Of a stretch of DNA of 64,000 nucleotides, positions 1 through 13,684 are shown in pieces. A model generated the notes under the pieces. The model was not told where the DNA came from. It saw only the letters and a list, made by a program, of their open reading frames with translations, and made no database searches. Source of the stretch: Camelus ferus (taxonomy: Eukaryota). Location: contig NC_045696.1 in NCBI RefSeq assembly GCF_009834535.1, forward strand, positions 4,776,001 through 4,840,000. Reading direction: 5' to 3'. A program made the translations under genes and the position numbers. Positions within the stretch are counted from its first letter, which is position 1; every line of letters begins with the position of its first letter.

Positions 1-361
1 ACACTTGCAAAGTCACCCTCGTTGCACCCTCTTGGGATGCAAATGTCAGCCAGCTGCCTCCTCTGTTCAGAGGTCTGAATTTACAAGGTCCCTCTTCTGA
101 GCTCCCGAGGTTCCAGCATCTGCCAGCCACCAGGATGTTCACCTTGTATGTCCAGCGCCATGGGTCCTTTCCTCAGGCCTCTGGGTTCCAGTTAGTTTCC
201 TTTCATTCTCTCAGCCCCGCGGTTACAACTCTCTGAAGCTGCAGCATCTCCCCTGGGCCTTTCCTGTTCTCCAGTAGCTGGTTGACAGTTCTTGGCATTA
301 ATCTCTCTGTTGAGATAACATAAGGAGCTCCTGTGGTCCTGACTTGGTCCTGATCACTACA
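1..361 (+). mobile_element. Degraded ERVL-class LTR 3' part (LTR33/LTR41-like)
   Basis: Ends in 'attaatctctctgttgagataac...ctgtggtcctgacttggtcctgatcactaca', resembling the ERVL LTR terminus (...TAAATTCTCTCTGTTAAAATAAC...CCTGACTGGACCCTGACTGATACA); recalled similarity only. Confidence 0.4.
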
Positions 362-3300
362 GTCCCCACCGGCTTACTGGGCCTGATGGGGTGGACAGGA
401 GGCGGCGGCCATACGACCCCAGGGCGGCCTCACCAGCTCCCTTTGGAGTTGGGGCTTTGGCCTCTCTGGGTCTCAACTCCCCCGGGTGCTGCCCTTGCAC
501 AAAGTGTTCCTCAGGCCTGTGACAATGGCAGCTCCCCGGGGACTGGGCAGGTGTTCATGTCTGAGTGGAAGGACAACCTTCTATGCCGTGAGCCTCAGGA
601 GCACACCTTTCTCCCAGTTTGCTGATTTCACCCCCACCTTGATTTGCTGGCCCACCCCTCAGAAGATGAGTGTGGTTGGAAACACCCTCTGTTTGGGAAG
701 TCTGGGCCCTGACGAACACTTAGTGGGGTGTGAGGGACCCTCAGCGCTCTCCCCTCTCATCTATAAAGCTCAGAGTAAGAGAGCTGAGGCCTGGTGACTG
801 GGTGGTGTAGCTCAGGCTGCCTGGAGCCTGCCATCCACCTGCCACACCCCCTCCCCCACCAGTCACCTTGCGTGTCCCTGTCTTGTGGACCCGAGGCCCT
901 GGCCCTCACCTTTGAGGGGTGGCTGCAGTCATCATATACCTCGGCACCTAGAGCTCTAGAAAAGCACTACACGGTGCCTGCCGCGCGGTAGGTGGGGACA
1001 GCGCGTTGAGTGAGGAGAAGGGGAGTGGCCAGGGCCCACCTCACTTGGTAGCAATTTTGATGAAAACACAGTTTTTATCAGCAAAGGGATTTGTAAAGAC
1101 TATGCAGTATTTTACTGATCTTTTCATAAATTTTTTTTAATCTCAGTGTGTGAGAGGTAGAAAGCAGAGGGCAGGGCAGCTCAGAAAAAGGATATTGGTT
1201 GAGTCAAGTTGAGTGGCAAGGTTGAGGCTGGATATTGGCTTGGCTTTGGGATCCAGCTGGGTGATACTGGCCGTTTCCTTAAAGGAGGGCTGGTATTCTG
1301 ATGGGGTTCTGTTTGTAAGTGAATGAGGTCAAGTACACAAAGGACCAAGTGTAGGGCTCAGTACTTCATAGACATTCAATAAAGCCAGGCTCTTTCCTAA
1401 CTTCTCATTAGTTTACCCATTTCAACATCATTTCATCCATTTCAACGTTTCATTCGTTAACTTTTGTACATGTCAGCATGACGTTAATCTATGATTTGGC
1501 TGACGCCCTGTGTCAGCTTGTAGACCATTACTCAGCAGCAGTGTCTTGTCTGGGGTTCCTCCAAGTGGTTTGTCCCAGCCCTGCTCTCCACTTGCTTAGA
1601 TGGGCTTCCAAAATGCTGTATAACAAATATAGCCTTTTGTTAAGTAAAGAGGGTCCTGAGGCTAGTGTAGGACTTGTTCTCAGATTTCACTCCTAAACAG
1701 AAGAGGCAGGACTAGAACTTGAGTCTTCTGATCCCAAGAGGAAGCCCCTTCACTCTGCCTCACCACCTCAAACATTTTAAAATAAACTCAGGACTTATTT
1801 GACTCAGTGCCGCAAACAGAGGTTTCAGGAAGTTTTATTTTACTTAGTTTGGTTACGCGGATGCTGAGAGACCACCACTTACCCTACTTAGCCACTCTCT
1901 GCACCCTTCATCAGCACAGCTGAACAATCTTGGGTGCTTTTCAATCCCAAAGTAGGTGACTGAAAAACCTCCTGGAAGTTTCTGGAGTGAAAACTTAATA
2001 CCTTGGCCTATGTGGAGCTTAGTCAGCACCTTAGGACCATTCTGCCAAGCTCTGTTTAGTTAAAAATGAAATTCATGTCTCGATTCATCTTAAATATTTT
2101 TTTCTGTAATTTTGAAAAACAAGAAGATAAAAGGCATTCTTTATCTTTTGGCCTATTTCAACACTTGGGTAGCTTTTACTAGGTTTTTCACTCTCTGGAC
2201 GGACCACTTTCAGATAAAATTTCAACGTGTACTACTCTTGACATGTCAGTTTGTCCTCTAACAGACAGTGATAGATCCCCAATCCGTGCCTACTTGATGG
2301 TGGTTGGAAGAAAGAGCTAGTTTAATGATCACTAGGTAGGAAGCAAAGAAGCCAGGACCCAGCCTTTCAAATCCACTTAGTTCAATTCAGTGCATTGAGC
2401 AAGGATTTTAAGAGGAGAAGGCCCTCTTTTGGTATTGGAGTTAAATGACGGCTTTAATAAAATTAGAAGTGGTTTCATGTGCTTGCTTCTGCCACTGAGT
2501 TTTTTCTCTGGTAACTCGGAAGAGGAAATAAAAACTTAATATATATTTTAACATAGATGTAATAGTATATATACATATATTATATTCTACCAGTTTATTG
2601 TATATGTTCTACTAGTTTTTTTTTTTTTTCCAATGGGAATGAATTGCCCCAGGATGCTGAGCTGCGCAGGGATCATTACCAGTCACCCACAGTCTCACAG
2701 TGGAGCAGGAAATCAGACGCGGGCGCTTTAAGCCCAGCCGGTTTGGCATTTACTTACTTAGTTAAAGATCATCACCGAGCAGAACCCCCTTGGGAGGAGT
2801 CGCTGGCTCATTGGGCCCCATGGGGAGGGCGGTAATTAAACTCTGAAGGCAGCACTGATGTTCAGCTAAAAGCTTGTCTTTAAATAGTAATACACTGGCG
2901 TTGTAAAGTGGTAGGCCCTCGGGCGGCTGTTGACACAGTGTGAGGAGCTGGCACTTTTTTATATAAAAGCCAAATTGAAGAAACTGTTATGAGCTCATCT
3001 GCATAAAGCAATATGATTCTGCCTGAGGGTGCAGGCAACGGGGAGTGATTAGCCAACCGGCGCTCTTCCTGCTCCTCTGCGGTTCTGCTAACACGCCACT
3101 TGTCACTAAAAAAATTGCAGACACCATATGCCAGGCTGCCTCTGCTGGGTGCCCCTTGCTGATGACACAAGAAGGAATTCCTGCCCGATGTGGGGCTGTG
3201 GGCCCACGGAGCACCGTCTGCAGAGGAGCTGTGTATGCCTGCTGCCTCCTTCCGCTGCCTTCCCAGGGAGAGCTGCCCATTGTTAGGGAATGTGGCAGAG

Positions 3301-4569
3301 ACACTGAGTCTGCTTAAAGGATCTGATGTGTGTTTGGAGGACAGTGGAAGCTTTGCCCCGGAAACTGACCAGGTGCTCCGTTTCTGTGCACCTTCCTGTG
3401 CCCGCTGCTGGAGTGGCAGCCTTTGGAAAGAGGTCCTCTGTGGCTGGGTCACTGCCCTATAGAAGTGGGAGAGGCTCCTGTCATCTGATTCCATTGAGCT
3501 TTCTGTAGTTGCACAGAACAAGTCAGGAGGCTGAGCTGTCCTCCCTCTCAGCTTTTTTTTTTTTTTCCTTTAAAACACACTTTGTGCTCTGTCTCTCAAT
3601 TTTCTGTGCTCTATTAATTATGCAAACCTCTTTTGCTTCAATGTGTAAACAGTGCATTAAAATTTTAACCTTGAGGAGAATAGTTCTCATGTGGCCTGAC
3701 AGCTGAATCCCAGGGCTTTGAAAAGGAGATGACTGTGTTGTGCTTTTGAGGAATTAGCTTTCAGGTGCCTTCAGGTGATGGGTTTGGGAGCAGGTTGGCT
3801 TCTGGGCTGATCTGATTTTGAGCCATCATTTCATGTTTCCCTCAGTCACCGGGATTAAGACCTTTCCGACAGCAGGAGCTTGAGAAGGAAGGAGGAAGGC
3901 TAGGGTGGGGGGCGGTGTGGAGCACAAGGGATTGCAGAGAGGGTGAGGGGGCGGCACTGCTCCCCGCTGAGCTGAACCTCCTCCCCAGGGGCAGTGTGGT
4001 CCTGTCCTCCCTGGGATGGGTGGGGTTAGGGGTGAAGAGGATGGGAAAGAGCCCTTCCTGACTGAGAGTCGCTTGCTTTTGGGCACCATTTTGGTTGCTC
4101 AGCTTGGTCTGACTAGGGAGGATTTGGACGGGGCTGACTTAGGTCTCAAGAAGAAATGCTCCCCAGTCACCCCCAAAACTGGATGTCAGCCTTCTTAAAG
4201 TATCCCCAGGCCTGACCACCAGGACAAAGCCCTCTTCTCTCTAGTTCTCTCCCGAAAAGGTACTGTGGGGACTTTCCTGAAAATACCTGCGCTTCCTGCT
4301 TTTCTAGATGAGTTCTGGGGTGAGGCCAGCAGTGACTTGATCCTAATAAATATTAAATGAGTCACAAATTCAACTTTAGGGAGTGTCATCTACAAACTTT
4401 AAACTTAATCAAAGTTACCTTTTTTTTTTAAATCAATAGACTGCATCTCAAAGGAATTTAAAAAAACAAAACAGGAAAAACCAAAGGATTTTAAGGCCTG
4501 TAGGTCAGCTGGGGGACTCCATTTATTTGTGTTCCCGTCCGTGCCAAGAGCTGTGCTCAGGGGGGTTCA

Positions 4570-4720
4570 GATCCTGTGGTGTAGATGTTACCCATTATCC
4601 ACGTGTGGAAACTAAAGTTCAGAGAAGTCTTAGCAGCTCGCCCAAGGTCAAGAGGACGTGGTGACGTGGTGACATTCTGACCCAGAACTGTCTCCAAGCC
4701 CATAGTCTGTTGGCCACTTT
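4570..4720 (-). mobile_element. MIR SINE fragment
   Basis: 'cccattatccacgtgtggaaactaaagttcagagaag...cgcccaaggtca' matches the reverse MIR core (cccattttacagatgaggaaactgaggc...gcccaaggtca). Confidence 0.65.
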
Positions 4721-6088
4721 GCATCTTGCTGTGGCCGGAGCTTGCCCAGTGTGCTGGTGGTGAAGTCCCTAACCTGGCTGGGACTTTTCACCAGATAGTT
4801 CCCTTGGCCAGTGAAATACTGCCTACAATTATACTGAGTTCACCGCCTCCAGGAAGCCACTCCCCACCCCCCTTCCTGGTTTTCTACCCCAAGGATTTCC
4901 CCTGGAGGTCTTGAAATCCATTTTCCCCAGGAAATGGACTTTCCTTACACATTGGCCCTCTTAAAATACCTGTGTGCTAGAAGAAGGAGAGTCCTCAGTC
5001 TGAGTTTTTTGCAGGGAGTCTTGTAAGGGAAGATGGAAACCCATCCTAGGCCAGGCCTTGGGTACTGCATCATAATCTGTGATCCTAATTTAAGTCTCAT
5101 GACTGTCTCATTAGAAATTACTGGAGTCTTCATTTGCAGAGGAAGGAGCAAAGGCTTAGAAAGGCTGAGAAACCCTCCAGGGTTGTGTGCCCAGAGGAGA
5201 AGCCCAGACTGGATCCAACTCTCTGTCACCAAAGGCGTTGGCTTGCCACCCTGTCCCCCAGGTGATTGTTTTCCTCCCTAACAGGTAACCCCGGCCACAC
5301 AGGGAGGGTGGAGGGGCTGAGATTATTGCAGTGGACGAATGGGGACAAATGTTCAGAAGCACCACTAATGGCTAGAAATACATGTTCTGCTTCCAAATCG
5401 CTTCTGGTGTCATTCAGAAGTTCCAGAGGGTGCCTACTCTTTGACATAGCCCTTCCCTCCTTCATGCAGTAAACGTTGAGAGCTGATGCCTGGCATGGCT
5501 CCGTGCAACTCTGCAGCCCTGCTTGCTGTGCTGGGCTGGGATGTGCCCCTCACTCACTGTCTCACACAGGTCCCAGCCCTGGTGTCACAGTGCATCCATC
5601 CTGTAGCTCAGGAAACCAAGGCTCCTGAGGAGTCAGTGGGAGGTTCAAAGACCGTGCTTCTGGTCCCTGCTCTCAGCCTCTTTGACTTCTCATGTGTTTT
5701 TGGCTTTTATAAAATAGTAAAACAAAGACTTGGAAAAACAGGTGGGGCTTACAAGTAAGGCTTTTCACTTGCTAGGGAGCCAACACGTGTGAAGGTCCAG
5801 AAATCGCAGAGCCTGATAACGTCACTGAGGGATCTCAGAGGAGAAATGGTTTTCGGGATTTGGATTTGTGAAGATTAACGAACATTTGGTAGCTTGTTAG
5901 GCTTTAACTTCTGGCCCCATTCTACCTTGTTTTACATCGTTTTAATTAAATGATGATGAATACATGGCTCAGTTTCTTTATTTGGAAAAAGCTTGATACC
6001 TGCCTCCCAAGTTCAATTTTGAAAGGTAATTTTCATTTGGAAAGGTTCAACTGATAAATTAATCACAACAACAGTAATAATGGCTACA

Positions 6089-6365
6089 GTGTTCGTGTCC
6101 TGGGGCTGCCCTAACATACTAGCACCCACTGGGAGGCTTTTAAACAAGAGAAATTTATGCTCTCGTATACCTAAAGCCTAGAAATCCAAAATCAAGGTGT
6201 TGGCAGGGTTGGCTCCCTCCTGAAGCTCTTAGGAGGAATGAAATCCTGTCTGGCCTTGTCCAGCTTCTGGTGATTGCTGGCGGTCCCTGGTGTTCTTTGG
6301 TTTGTAGAATCTTTCCAGTCTTTGCTCCGTCATCACAAGGTCTTCTCTGTTTCTCTCTGCATCCT
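6089..6365 (-). mobile_element. MaLR solo LTR (MLT1B/C-like)
   Basis: 'ggggctgccctaaca...aaacaagagaaatttatgctctc...agaaatccaaaatcaaggtgttggcagggttgg...ccagcttctggtg' is the typical reverse MLT1 signature. Confidence 0.8.
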
Positions 6366-9109
6366 TTCTTCTCAACTTTTATTAAGTTAATCATTTAAAA
6401 ATGCATGGCTTCCATCTCAAAAGAATAAAAACTACCTACAAATTGAAAGATATACGAGGCCTTCTCTTCTTAAGTGCATGCCAAATACATAAAATGGATA
6501 AGAAAGGAGATGCTCTGACCATGCTCCTGCCACGGTCCCTGCTTCCAGAGGACTCTCATTCCCCTGACTCCTCGGAGCATAGTTTGAAAATCGTCCTTCT
6601 AATTTGTGCATTATGTGTGAGTATATCCAGCTGGCATGTGTTCCTTGTGACATGCTTAAACCTAAATATTTTCTTTCATTATAGCTTCGAATGCACATTA
6701 ATAGGTCATTTCCAACCATGTCTATAAATGGCATTTTAACTTTCCTCTATTGAGATTACATATTTATTTTTGAGACATTCTGTAGATTTCGAATCACTGA
6801 GTACCTCTTCCAAAATCAAAGATCAGGAGACAGGTGGTCTCTATAAGTAAGAAGGGAAGCAGAAGTGTCATGTGCTTTCAGAAAAGTCGTTTCCCTTATT
6901 CAGTCTTTGAGCTACTGTGCCCTTTTTCCACCTTTTTTTGTGTGTGTTCTCTTTGGCTTTTTCTTTGTTTCCAGCTGCTGACTTGTGCGGGTGGCTTTCT
7001 TCCTAAGCATCAGGGCTACAGCGAAACCCCAAATGGGTTCCTCCCATATTAAGCGACAGACTTTAAGACCAGCCAGACACTCCTGTTGTCCATTGTGTCA
7101 TCTACCAGATCCAAAGCAAAGATGAATTTAGATTGACCTCCAATTACTCACTTCCTATGACTTTCAGAGCAGTAAATGTTGCTGAATTTGAATGCATTCC
7201 TTCAAAGTCTTTCTTTTTAGACAGCAATATATTGAAAAAGACTCTTCCTTAGGGAGAGTCTTACTGTTTCATTTATTAAAGTTCATTTTAATAGATTTAA
7301 TAACACTACAACTTGCAAAAAATTGGCTGTAGGTCTTATAATACATATATTTATGTGCATATATATGTATGTATGTGTATCTGTATCTGAAAACCCACAG
7401 GGTTGCAGATGTTAGCCCAAACTATTATTTCCTTTTACTGTGTTTTAACTTTTTAATTTCTGGCTCTCTGTATTCTCTTACTTCTTAACAGATTTCAAAA
7501 TTCATATATGCATAGTGCCTCAGACTTGAGAACCTATAAGAAAGGAAAATCCATTCCTAAAATCATATAAACCCACTGCCTAAGAGTGATGTACACATTT
7601 CAGTGTCTCCTAATAAGCATGTTTAAAGTGCAGCTCTGGAAAAGACCCCTATTCATGTCCTTAGCAAGAAAATAACTTTCAGTGTAAAAAGTAAACTGCA
7701 CCAAAAGAAATGGTGCCAACAGCAGCTTGTGAGGAGTGCTATTGTTATGACTCTCCTCCTAAAATACTTGAATTTGAGCTTTGCAGTGTATTCTCATGTA
7801 TTTGAAACATTTATTGTCTAATGCTTATGAGGGTAGGCCTTATTTTGTTTGTTCCAAGAAATGCTCACATGTATCTGGTACTAAAGCACAGTGTAGAGCA
7901 AATATTGAAGTAGCCTCCCTTGCAGAAACTTCTGGGTTGATTAGATTGTAGCGATGTGAGTTGCTTTCTCCTTGAAAATGCATACATGTTCTTTCTGTAA
8001 TAGGTGGAAAACACAGATAAACAAAAATAAAAATAAAGACTGCCTGTAAAAATAAAGGCATTCATTAATATTTTGACGTATGGAAAGATGCCCTCTGTAT
8101 CCAGGTTGTTTTGAGAGGCAGCTGCATTTTCTTCCAGCACTGCCAGCACTTCATTTTAAACCTTGAATCCATGTTATATATATAGTTTCTTTTAATAAAA
8201 TGTTTTCTCTCAGTGGTTAGGTGATGGGCTCAGTATTATTTGTTGGTGGAGTAACATGGCTAAAATTAGGTGGGAGAGCATCCAAGAGGAAACAGGGTGG
8301 CAAAAAAGGGTGGAAAACCCATTTAGGGCATTTTGACATAAAGCTAAGGAGACAAAACAGGGCGGTAAGACTAAAAAAAAAATCATTTTGTAAATGTTTA
8401 TTATCAGTCTTTTTCTGATTTACATGTTTTAAGCTCTTGTATCTAGAAAATTGCACTTGTTGGCTCTGTTACCAAGCTTCATACAATTTGGAAGGATTAA
8501 AGTCACATTTGTTGAGAGTAGAACACACAAAGAAAATAAAACCTGGCTGTGGTACTCCAGAAGCTGCCGGCACCTGTGGGGGTGATGGGAGGAATGGACT
8601 TAGTAATTAAGATCGACAGAAAGAAGATTATTCCATGTGTGAAAGGAGACCCTCCGAGTCCTGTGGGAGTAGGAGAGAGAAATTGGTTCCATCTGGAAAA
8701 TCAATGGAGGATTCTTAAGGACTTGTTGTTTAATCTGTATTCTACTTTCTTGAGAATCTAAGCAAACCTTAATGTTTAGTGGATGAGTTAGTGAACAGAG
8801 AGAATTTCATTTTTCTGTTTTGAGGTTGAGCACATGACAGGGAAGTGGGCCAGCATCCAGTAGAAGAGGAACAGTCCGTAAGCTTGACAGCTGTTAACTG
8901 GTCAATATTTGTTAAGAGTTCGTGAATTCTAATAAGGGCATTGAGGTTGGATCATACGTGAAAATAAAGCATCTTTAAATGTATAATGTAACTCAGTGTA
9001 AAAACATCTGCAGAAAACTTATTTATTCTATCTAAAATTAGAGGCACTATGCACATAAGAACAGTGTCTTTTTAATCATGTTTTCCCATAGTATCTAAGA
9101 AAAAAATGG

Positions 9110-9230
9110 AAATGTAAAAACATTTGTGAATATTTGTAAAAAGGACTTTTTATTAATAAAGGCATTAGACAAAAACAAGACACACTGGGACTGCCCTGGA
9201 TTATGTCCAGATATGGAGAATATGTCTTGA
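9110..9230. mobile_element. Possible MER94-like hAT MITE remnant
   Basis: 'tattaataa...gggactgccctgg...atatgg' loosely follows the MER94 right half; a similar loose match lies at ~20320-20400. Confidence 0.3.
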
Positions 9231-10777
9231 TCTAAATGTAGATATCTATGCCACATTTTCCTTTTTCAAAAAATTCAGGAATTTTTTTGAACTGACTTCT
9301 CATGGCATTTTTCTCGTCCTGTGGAAAGCAGATACAAAGGAAGGAAAATGGAGCTCTTGCTCCAGCTCTGGCGTGAATATTAGGTGATTTTAGCCATATT
9401 CCATCTTACTGTGATTCTATTTGTTTTATTTGCAAGTGGTCATAGGCTGGCAAAGTTGTTTTCAAGCAATAAATTCCTTTCTCAAGTAAGAATCTCACTT
9501 GAAATCCCAATATTCTAACAGATAATCTCAGAGATACTCTGGTTGACCCCATGTGGACATCTGCAGTCCAGCCTGCCCTGAATCCGCACCACATGCTCTT
9601 CCCTGGAGATCCCTAAGGCTTCTCTAAAAAATATGGGACTCCTGGTGTGTGGGCTCCCTAAGCAACCCCTGGCCTATGGTCATGAGCTGCCCTCCTTGGC
9701 CCCTATCCTGACCTAGAACAGTGTTTCTGGTTTTCTTTTCATGCTGCAAAGTGAAAGTCCCTCTCTTCAGTATATAAATTAATTTTCCTAGTACCATCTT
9801 CATCCTCTGATACTTTATTTTGTGTAAGGAAAAAAGAGCCCAGAGAAATAGATCCCAGCCATTAGTGGGTGTGAATCAGCTGGATAGTTAATTAAAATGC
9901 AGGGCATTACCCTGTTTCTCCCTCTGTACATGTGCCCCACTCCTGAGGAGCAAGTCTGTCTGAGGGGCCATCACGTCTGATTTGAAAACTGCCTCCCTGT
10001 TGATTTTAACAGCAGGTGGGACAAAGAGGAAAAAAAAAAACAACAGAAAAATGAAATCATTGCTCTGGAATCTATAGGATGACAAACACAGAAAGGAAGC
10101 ACCATGTCAAAGCAAATTTTCATTTCATACTTAGGAATTGCTCCCTTTGAGGTTTGGGCCAAATTCTACTTAGCACCAAACTGAAGAAATCAGAATTCTT
10201 TTGAAAGGAATGATTTAAAACTTGGACATTTTACAGTTTGGGGCTGTTATAATAAGTAATGTTATTGGGGATTCTGCCCCATTTGGAGTACTCAACAGCT
10301 CGTGTTCCTATAGGATGGCCCTGGACTGATGGAGCTGACCCTGTTACATTTAATGCCCTACTTTTCACTATCCCTTGGGTTGTGTTTGGAATGAAGTAAG
10401 GCTCTTACCATCTCTCTCAACTGCAAATGAAGAAGCACTAAAACCTCATCTCTTTAACAACCTGTGTCCTCTCAGTGGAGAAAGCAGGGGGCTCTGAGGG
10501 TGAGAGACCCAAAGGGTTACCCCACATTATTTAACTGTCAAACACACCTTTCTTTTTCCAGGAGGGCAGCCCCTGCTCTGCTTCCATGATAGCCAGACCT
10601 TCCGCCTGTCCTTTCTTTCATTCCCAAGCTCGCTCACTAGCTCACTCACTCACCTCCTAGTTAGCGTTTACTGAGCCCTCTGTCTCGGTTCCACAGGGGA
10701 ATACTCACTTCAAGAAGCTCTAAAGCCACATGGAAGAAAGAGGTGTGATTTGTATAATGCGAAAGGTGATTGGGAAG

Positions 10778-11135
10778 TGCACTTGTTTGCTAAGGCTGCT
10801 GAAAGGAAGTACCGTGAACCAGAGGGCTTAAACGACAGAAGCATGTTCTCTCCCAGCTCTGGAGACTGGACGTCCAAGACCAGGGTGTCGGCAGGGTTGG
10901 TTCCATCCGAGGGCTGTGAGGGAGAATCTGTCCCTCGCCCCTCTAGCTTCTGCTGGTTTTCTGGCGTCCTTGGTGTTCCTTGAGTTGTAGATGCAACACC
11001 TCAAATATCTGCCTTCATCTTCCCATGGAGTAAGAGCCACCCTACTCCAATATAACCTCGTCTTGTCTAATTACGTCTTCCACAGCCCTGTTTCCACTTG
11101 AGGGTCTGAAGTCCTGGGGGCTAGAAATACCATAT
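10778..11135 (-). mobile_element. MaLR solo LTR (MLT1B/C-like)
   Basis: 'gtttgctaaggctgc...ggcttaaacgacagaa...cagctctggagactggacgtccaagaccagggtgtcggcagggttggttccatccgagggctgtgagggagaatctg...cacc ctactccaatataacctcgtctt'. Confidence 0.85.
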
Positions 11136-11377
11136 TCCCTCAACCCCAAGTTAAGTCAGTGTGTGTGTAAAAAGGAAGGGAGGTGGGAAGAGAGAGGGAG
11201 AGAGAGAGAAATGACAGACCAGTGTTGTGCATAGGTTAGTACTACTTCTATCCTTGCAAACATTTTCAGAAATGGTCAGGACTTTCAAATAATTGTGGGA
11301 AAACTGTAACTGTTCTTTCACTTGTGGCAGATGTAACATCACAAGAAAAAATTAATTCACAGAAGAGAATGCTACCT

Positions 11378-11425
11378 GTTAAGGATTGAATTGTGCCCCT
11401 CTCCCCCAACATTCACATGTTGGGG
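11378..11425 (+). mobile_element. MLT1 LTR 5' fragment
   Basis: 'tgttaaggattgaattgtgcccct...attcacatgttg' matches the MLT1 start and the copy at 41692. Confidence 0.55.
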
Positions 11426-11550
11426 ATAATTCCTTTCTCCTTTTTTCTTTCCATCTAAGCGCTTTGTTCATTGATGGATGGAGTGATTTAAAAAAAATAA
11501 TACATAAGTAAAATCATACCGTCTACTGACAACCCTCTGATGGCTTTGTG

Positions 11551-12028
11551 TTTCTTTTTTTTAATTGAAGTACAGCCAGTTACAGTGTGTAAATCTCTGA
11601 CGTACAGCACAATGTCCCAGTCATGCTATACATACATATATTCATTTCCATAAAAGGTTATTACAAGATACTGAGCCTAGTTCCTTATGCTATACAGAAG
11701 AAACTTTTTAAAAATCTATTTGTATATACAGTGGCTAACATTTGTAAATCTCAAACTCCCAAATTTATTCCTTCTCACCCCCCTTCCCCTGTAGATTGTC
11801 TACTATGTCTGCTGTTTCTGTTTTGTAGATGAGTTTATAGTGGCTTTTTTTTTTTTTTAAGATTCCACATGTAAGTGAATCATATGGTGTTTTTCTTTCT
11901 CTTTCTGGCTTACTTCACTTAGATGACGATCTTTAGGTCCATCCATGTTGCTACAAATGGCATTATTTTATTCTTTTTATGGCTGGGTAGTATTCCATTG
12001 TATAAATACACCACAACTTCTTTATCCA
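11551..12028 (-). mobile_element. 5'-truncated LINE-1 3' end (lineage-specific, camelid-type)
   Basis: Poly-T, then 'attgaagtacagccagttacagtgtg...ggcttacttcacttagatgacgatc...catccatgttgctacaaatggcattattttattctttttatggctgggtagtattccattgtata'; closely similar to copies at 13685, 23255 and 31535. Confidence 0.92.
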
Positions 12029-12409
12029 ATGTCTTTCATTAGAGGAAAGACCAAAGTTCCCAAAAGTTCTTTCTTATGTTCCATGCAATAAATTGTAACC
12101 TGCCTCCTTCTGACTTCTGTAACCTTAAAGCCATCTACCATGTCATGCTTGTCTTTGCTTGTCATCTGCCTTCCGCCACTGCAAGGTACGCTGCTCTGGG
12201 AGCTGTTTGGTTGGCTGCTTCCTCCTCAGTGTGTGGGATGGCCCCTGCGCAGAGGGTTTCTCTTCTGTAAGTGGTGGAGGTGGCTGGACAAAAGCATAAG
12301 GACTGGGAAGCATATGCATCAGCAGACGGCGAGTGACAACCCTGGAAGGCAGGGCTGCACAGACAGGGCTTCACTTGAGCCCTCATGACTGCCGGGCGCG
12401 TTTCTGACC

Positions 12410-12570
12410 TGCATGGTGGGCACATGAGCTCACTTCTCTGGGCTTTCATTTCTTCATCTGGAAATGGGGATGACCACTGTACCAGCCTCATGGGTGACTG
12501 CAAGGGCTCCGTGGTTAGTATTGTAAAGCTCTAAGTCAGGGCCTGTGTTATGCAAGAAGCACCAACTTAG
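12410..12570 (+). mobile_element. MIR SINE fragment
   Basis: 'cacttctctgggctttcatttcttcatctggaaatggggatga...cctcatgggtgactgcaagg' is the MIR core. Confidence 0.7.
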
Positions 12571-13324
12571 CAGATTGTAACATCTTTATTCCTTTTCTGT
12601 TTCTTTTGAAGTTTTCTATCATGAACACGAGTTACCTTTATGATCAGAATTGTAAAAAGCAGCATTAAAAAAACAAAAACCAAAGATGGGAATAGCAAAG
12701 ATCATGTGATGGTTTAAATGAGGGTACCTGAGAGATTTGTTTAGGCATCAGTTTGCACCAGGGGACTTTGTCACCACAGACACGACAATCTGCGGGCAAA
12801 GCAGAACTCGGGGGTCAGCTGCAGCTCCCTCTGCTGAGGAGACGGCGGAATGCCTCACAGCAAAAGGTTGTGTTTCCTATGCCACAGTGCCTGCCTTCGC
12901 ACTGTGTTTCCCAAATTAGGAGTTTTTAAAAAGCATATATTATCTCTTTTGATTATCAAGCACAAACCTGTAGGAATACTATACTTTTTTTTAATAATAT
13001 GAAATTTGAGACATCTATTTGCCCCAAATCACATCACTAGAAGGTGGCTGAAATAGATGCCAGGGAGTCCAAGTTCAGTCCTAGTATTCCTGCCTGAGGC
13101 TGCCTCATTTTGGCCACAGTTCCTCTGATAAATCTCTTTAGAACCGTATGCAGGCCTGTCAGAGTGGGATTCTGTTCCAGACCAATCTTGCTGTGAACAT
13201 TTGGAGCAGAGGAGAATTCGTTTTCCACCCTCATAGAGGTTTTCTGTTCAGCACCTGTGTCTCTGCTAAAATCTCCTCAGGGCTCCCACCAGCCCCTGGT
13301 GTGTCACATGTCCATCTTCCTGTC

Positions 13325-13445
13325 CATCCCACTAGACCTTGAGCTTCTCGTGGATGGGAACTGACTTTTATACATCCTTGTATCCTATGCACCCAGCACA
13401 GTGCCTAGTATGTAGCAGATGCTCAATTAATATGTGTTAAGAATT
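13325..13445 (+). mobile_element. L2 LINE 3' end
   Basis: 'ccactagaccttgagcttc...gtatcctatgcacccagcacagtgcctagtatgtagcagatgctcaattaatatgtgtt' is the classic L2 3' terminus. Confidence 0.85.
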
Positions 13446-13684
13446 GTAATGAATACATTTTTGAAAAATCTAGTTATCATACACAAAGTTAATGGCAATT
13501 TCCAGAATATTCACAATGCTGATAATTTGTTCTTTGACCCCATCAAACATTGTAAATCTCATGTCCTGATGAGCAAATGAGGAATGAAGGTGATTGGGAA
13601 ACTAATGATTATTGAGATGCAGCCAGCATTGACAGGCACTCAGCACATGCTACCACTGTTCATCCTCATTCTGACTCTGTTCTT

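Noticed and set aside
2880..3521. 213-aa minus-strand ORF
   Set aside because: Non-ATG start, Ser/Arg/Pro-rich composition, no recognisable domain, and overlapping ORFs in several frames as expected for GC-richer non-coding DNA.
7238..7262. Small hairpin AAGACTCTTCC-TTA-GGGAGAGTCTT (similar one at 60336-60359)
   Set aside because: Stems of 9-11 bp are expected by chance in 64 kb and there is no ncRNA context.
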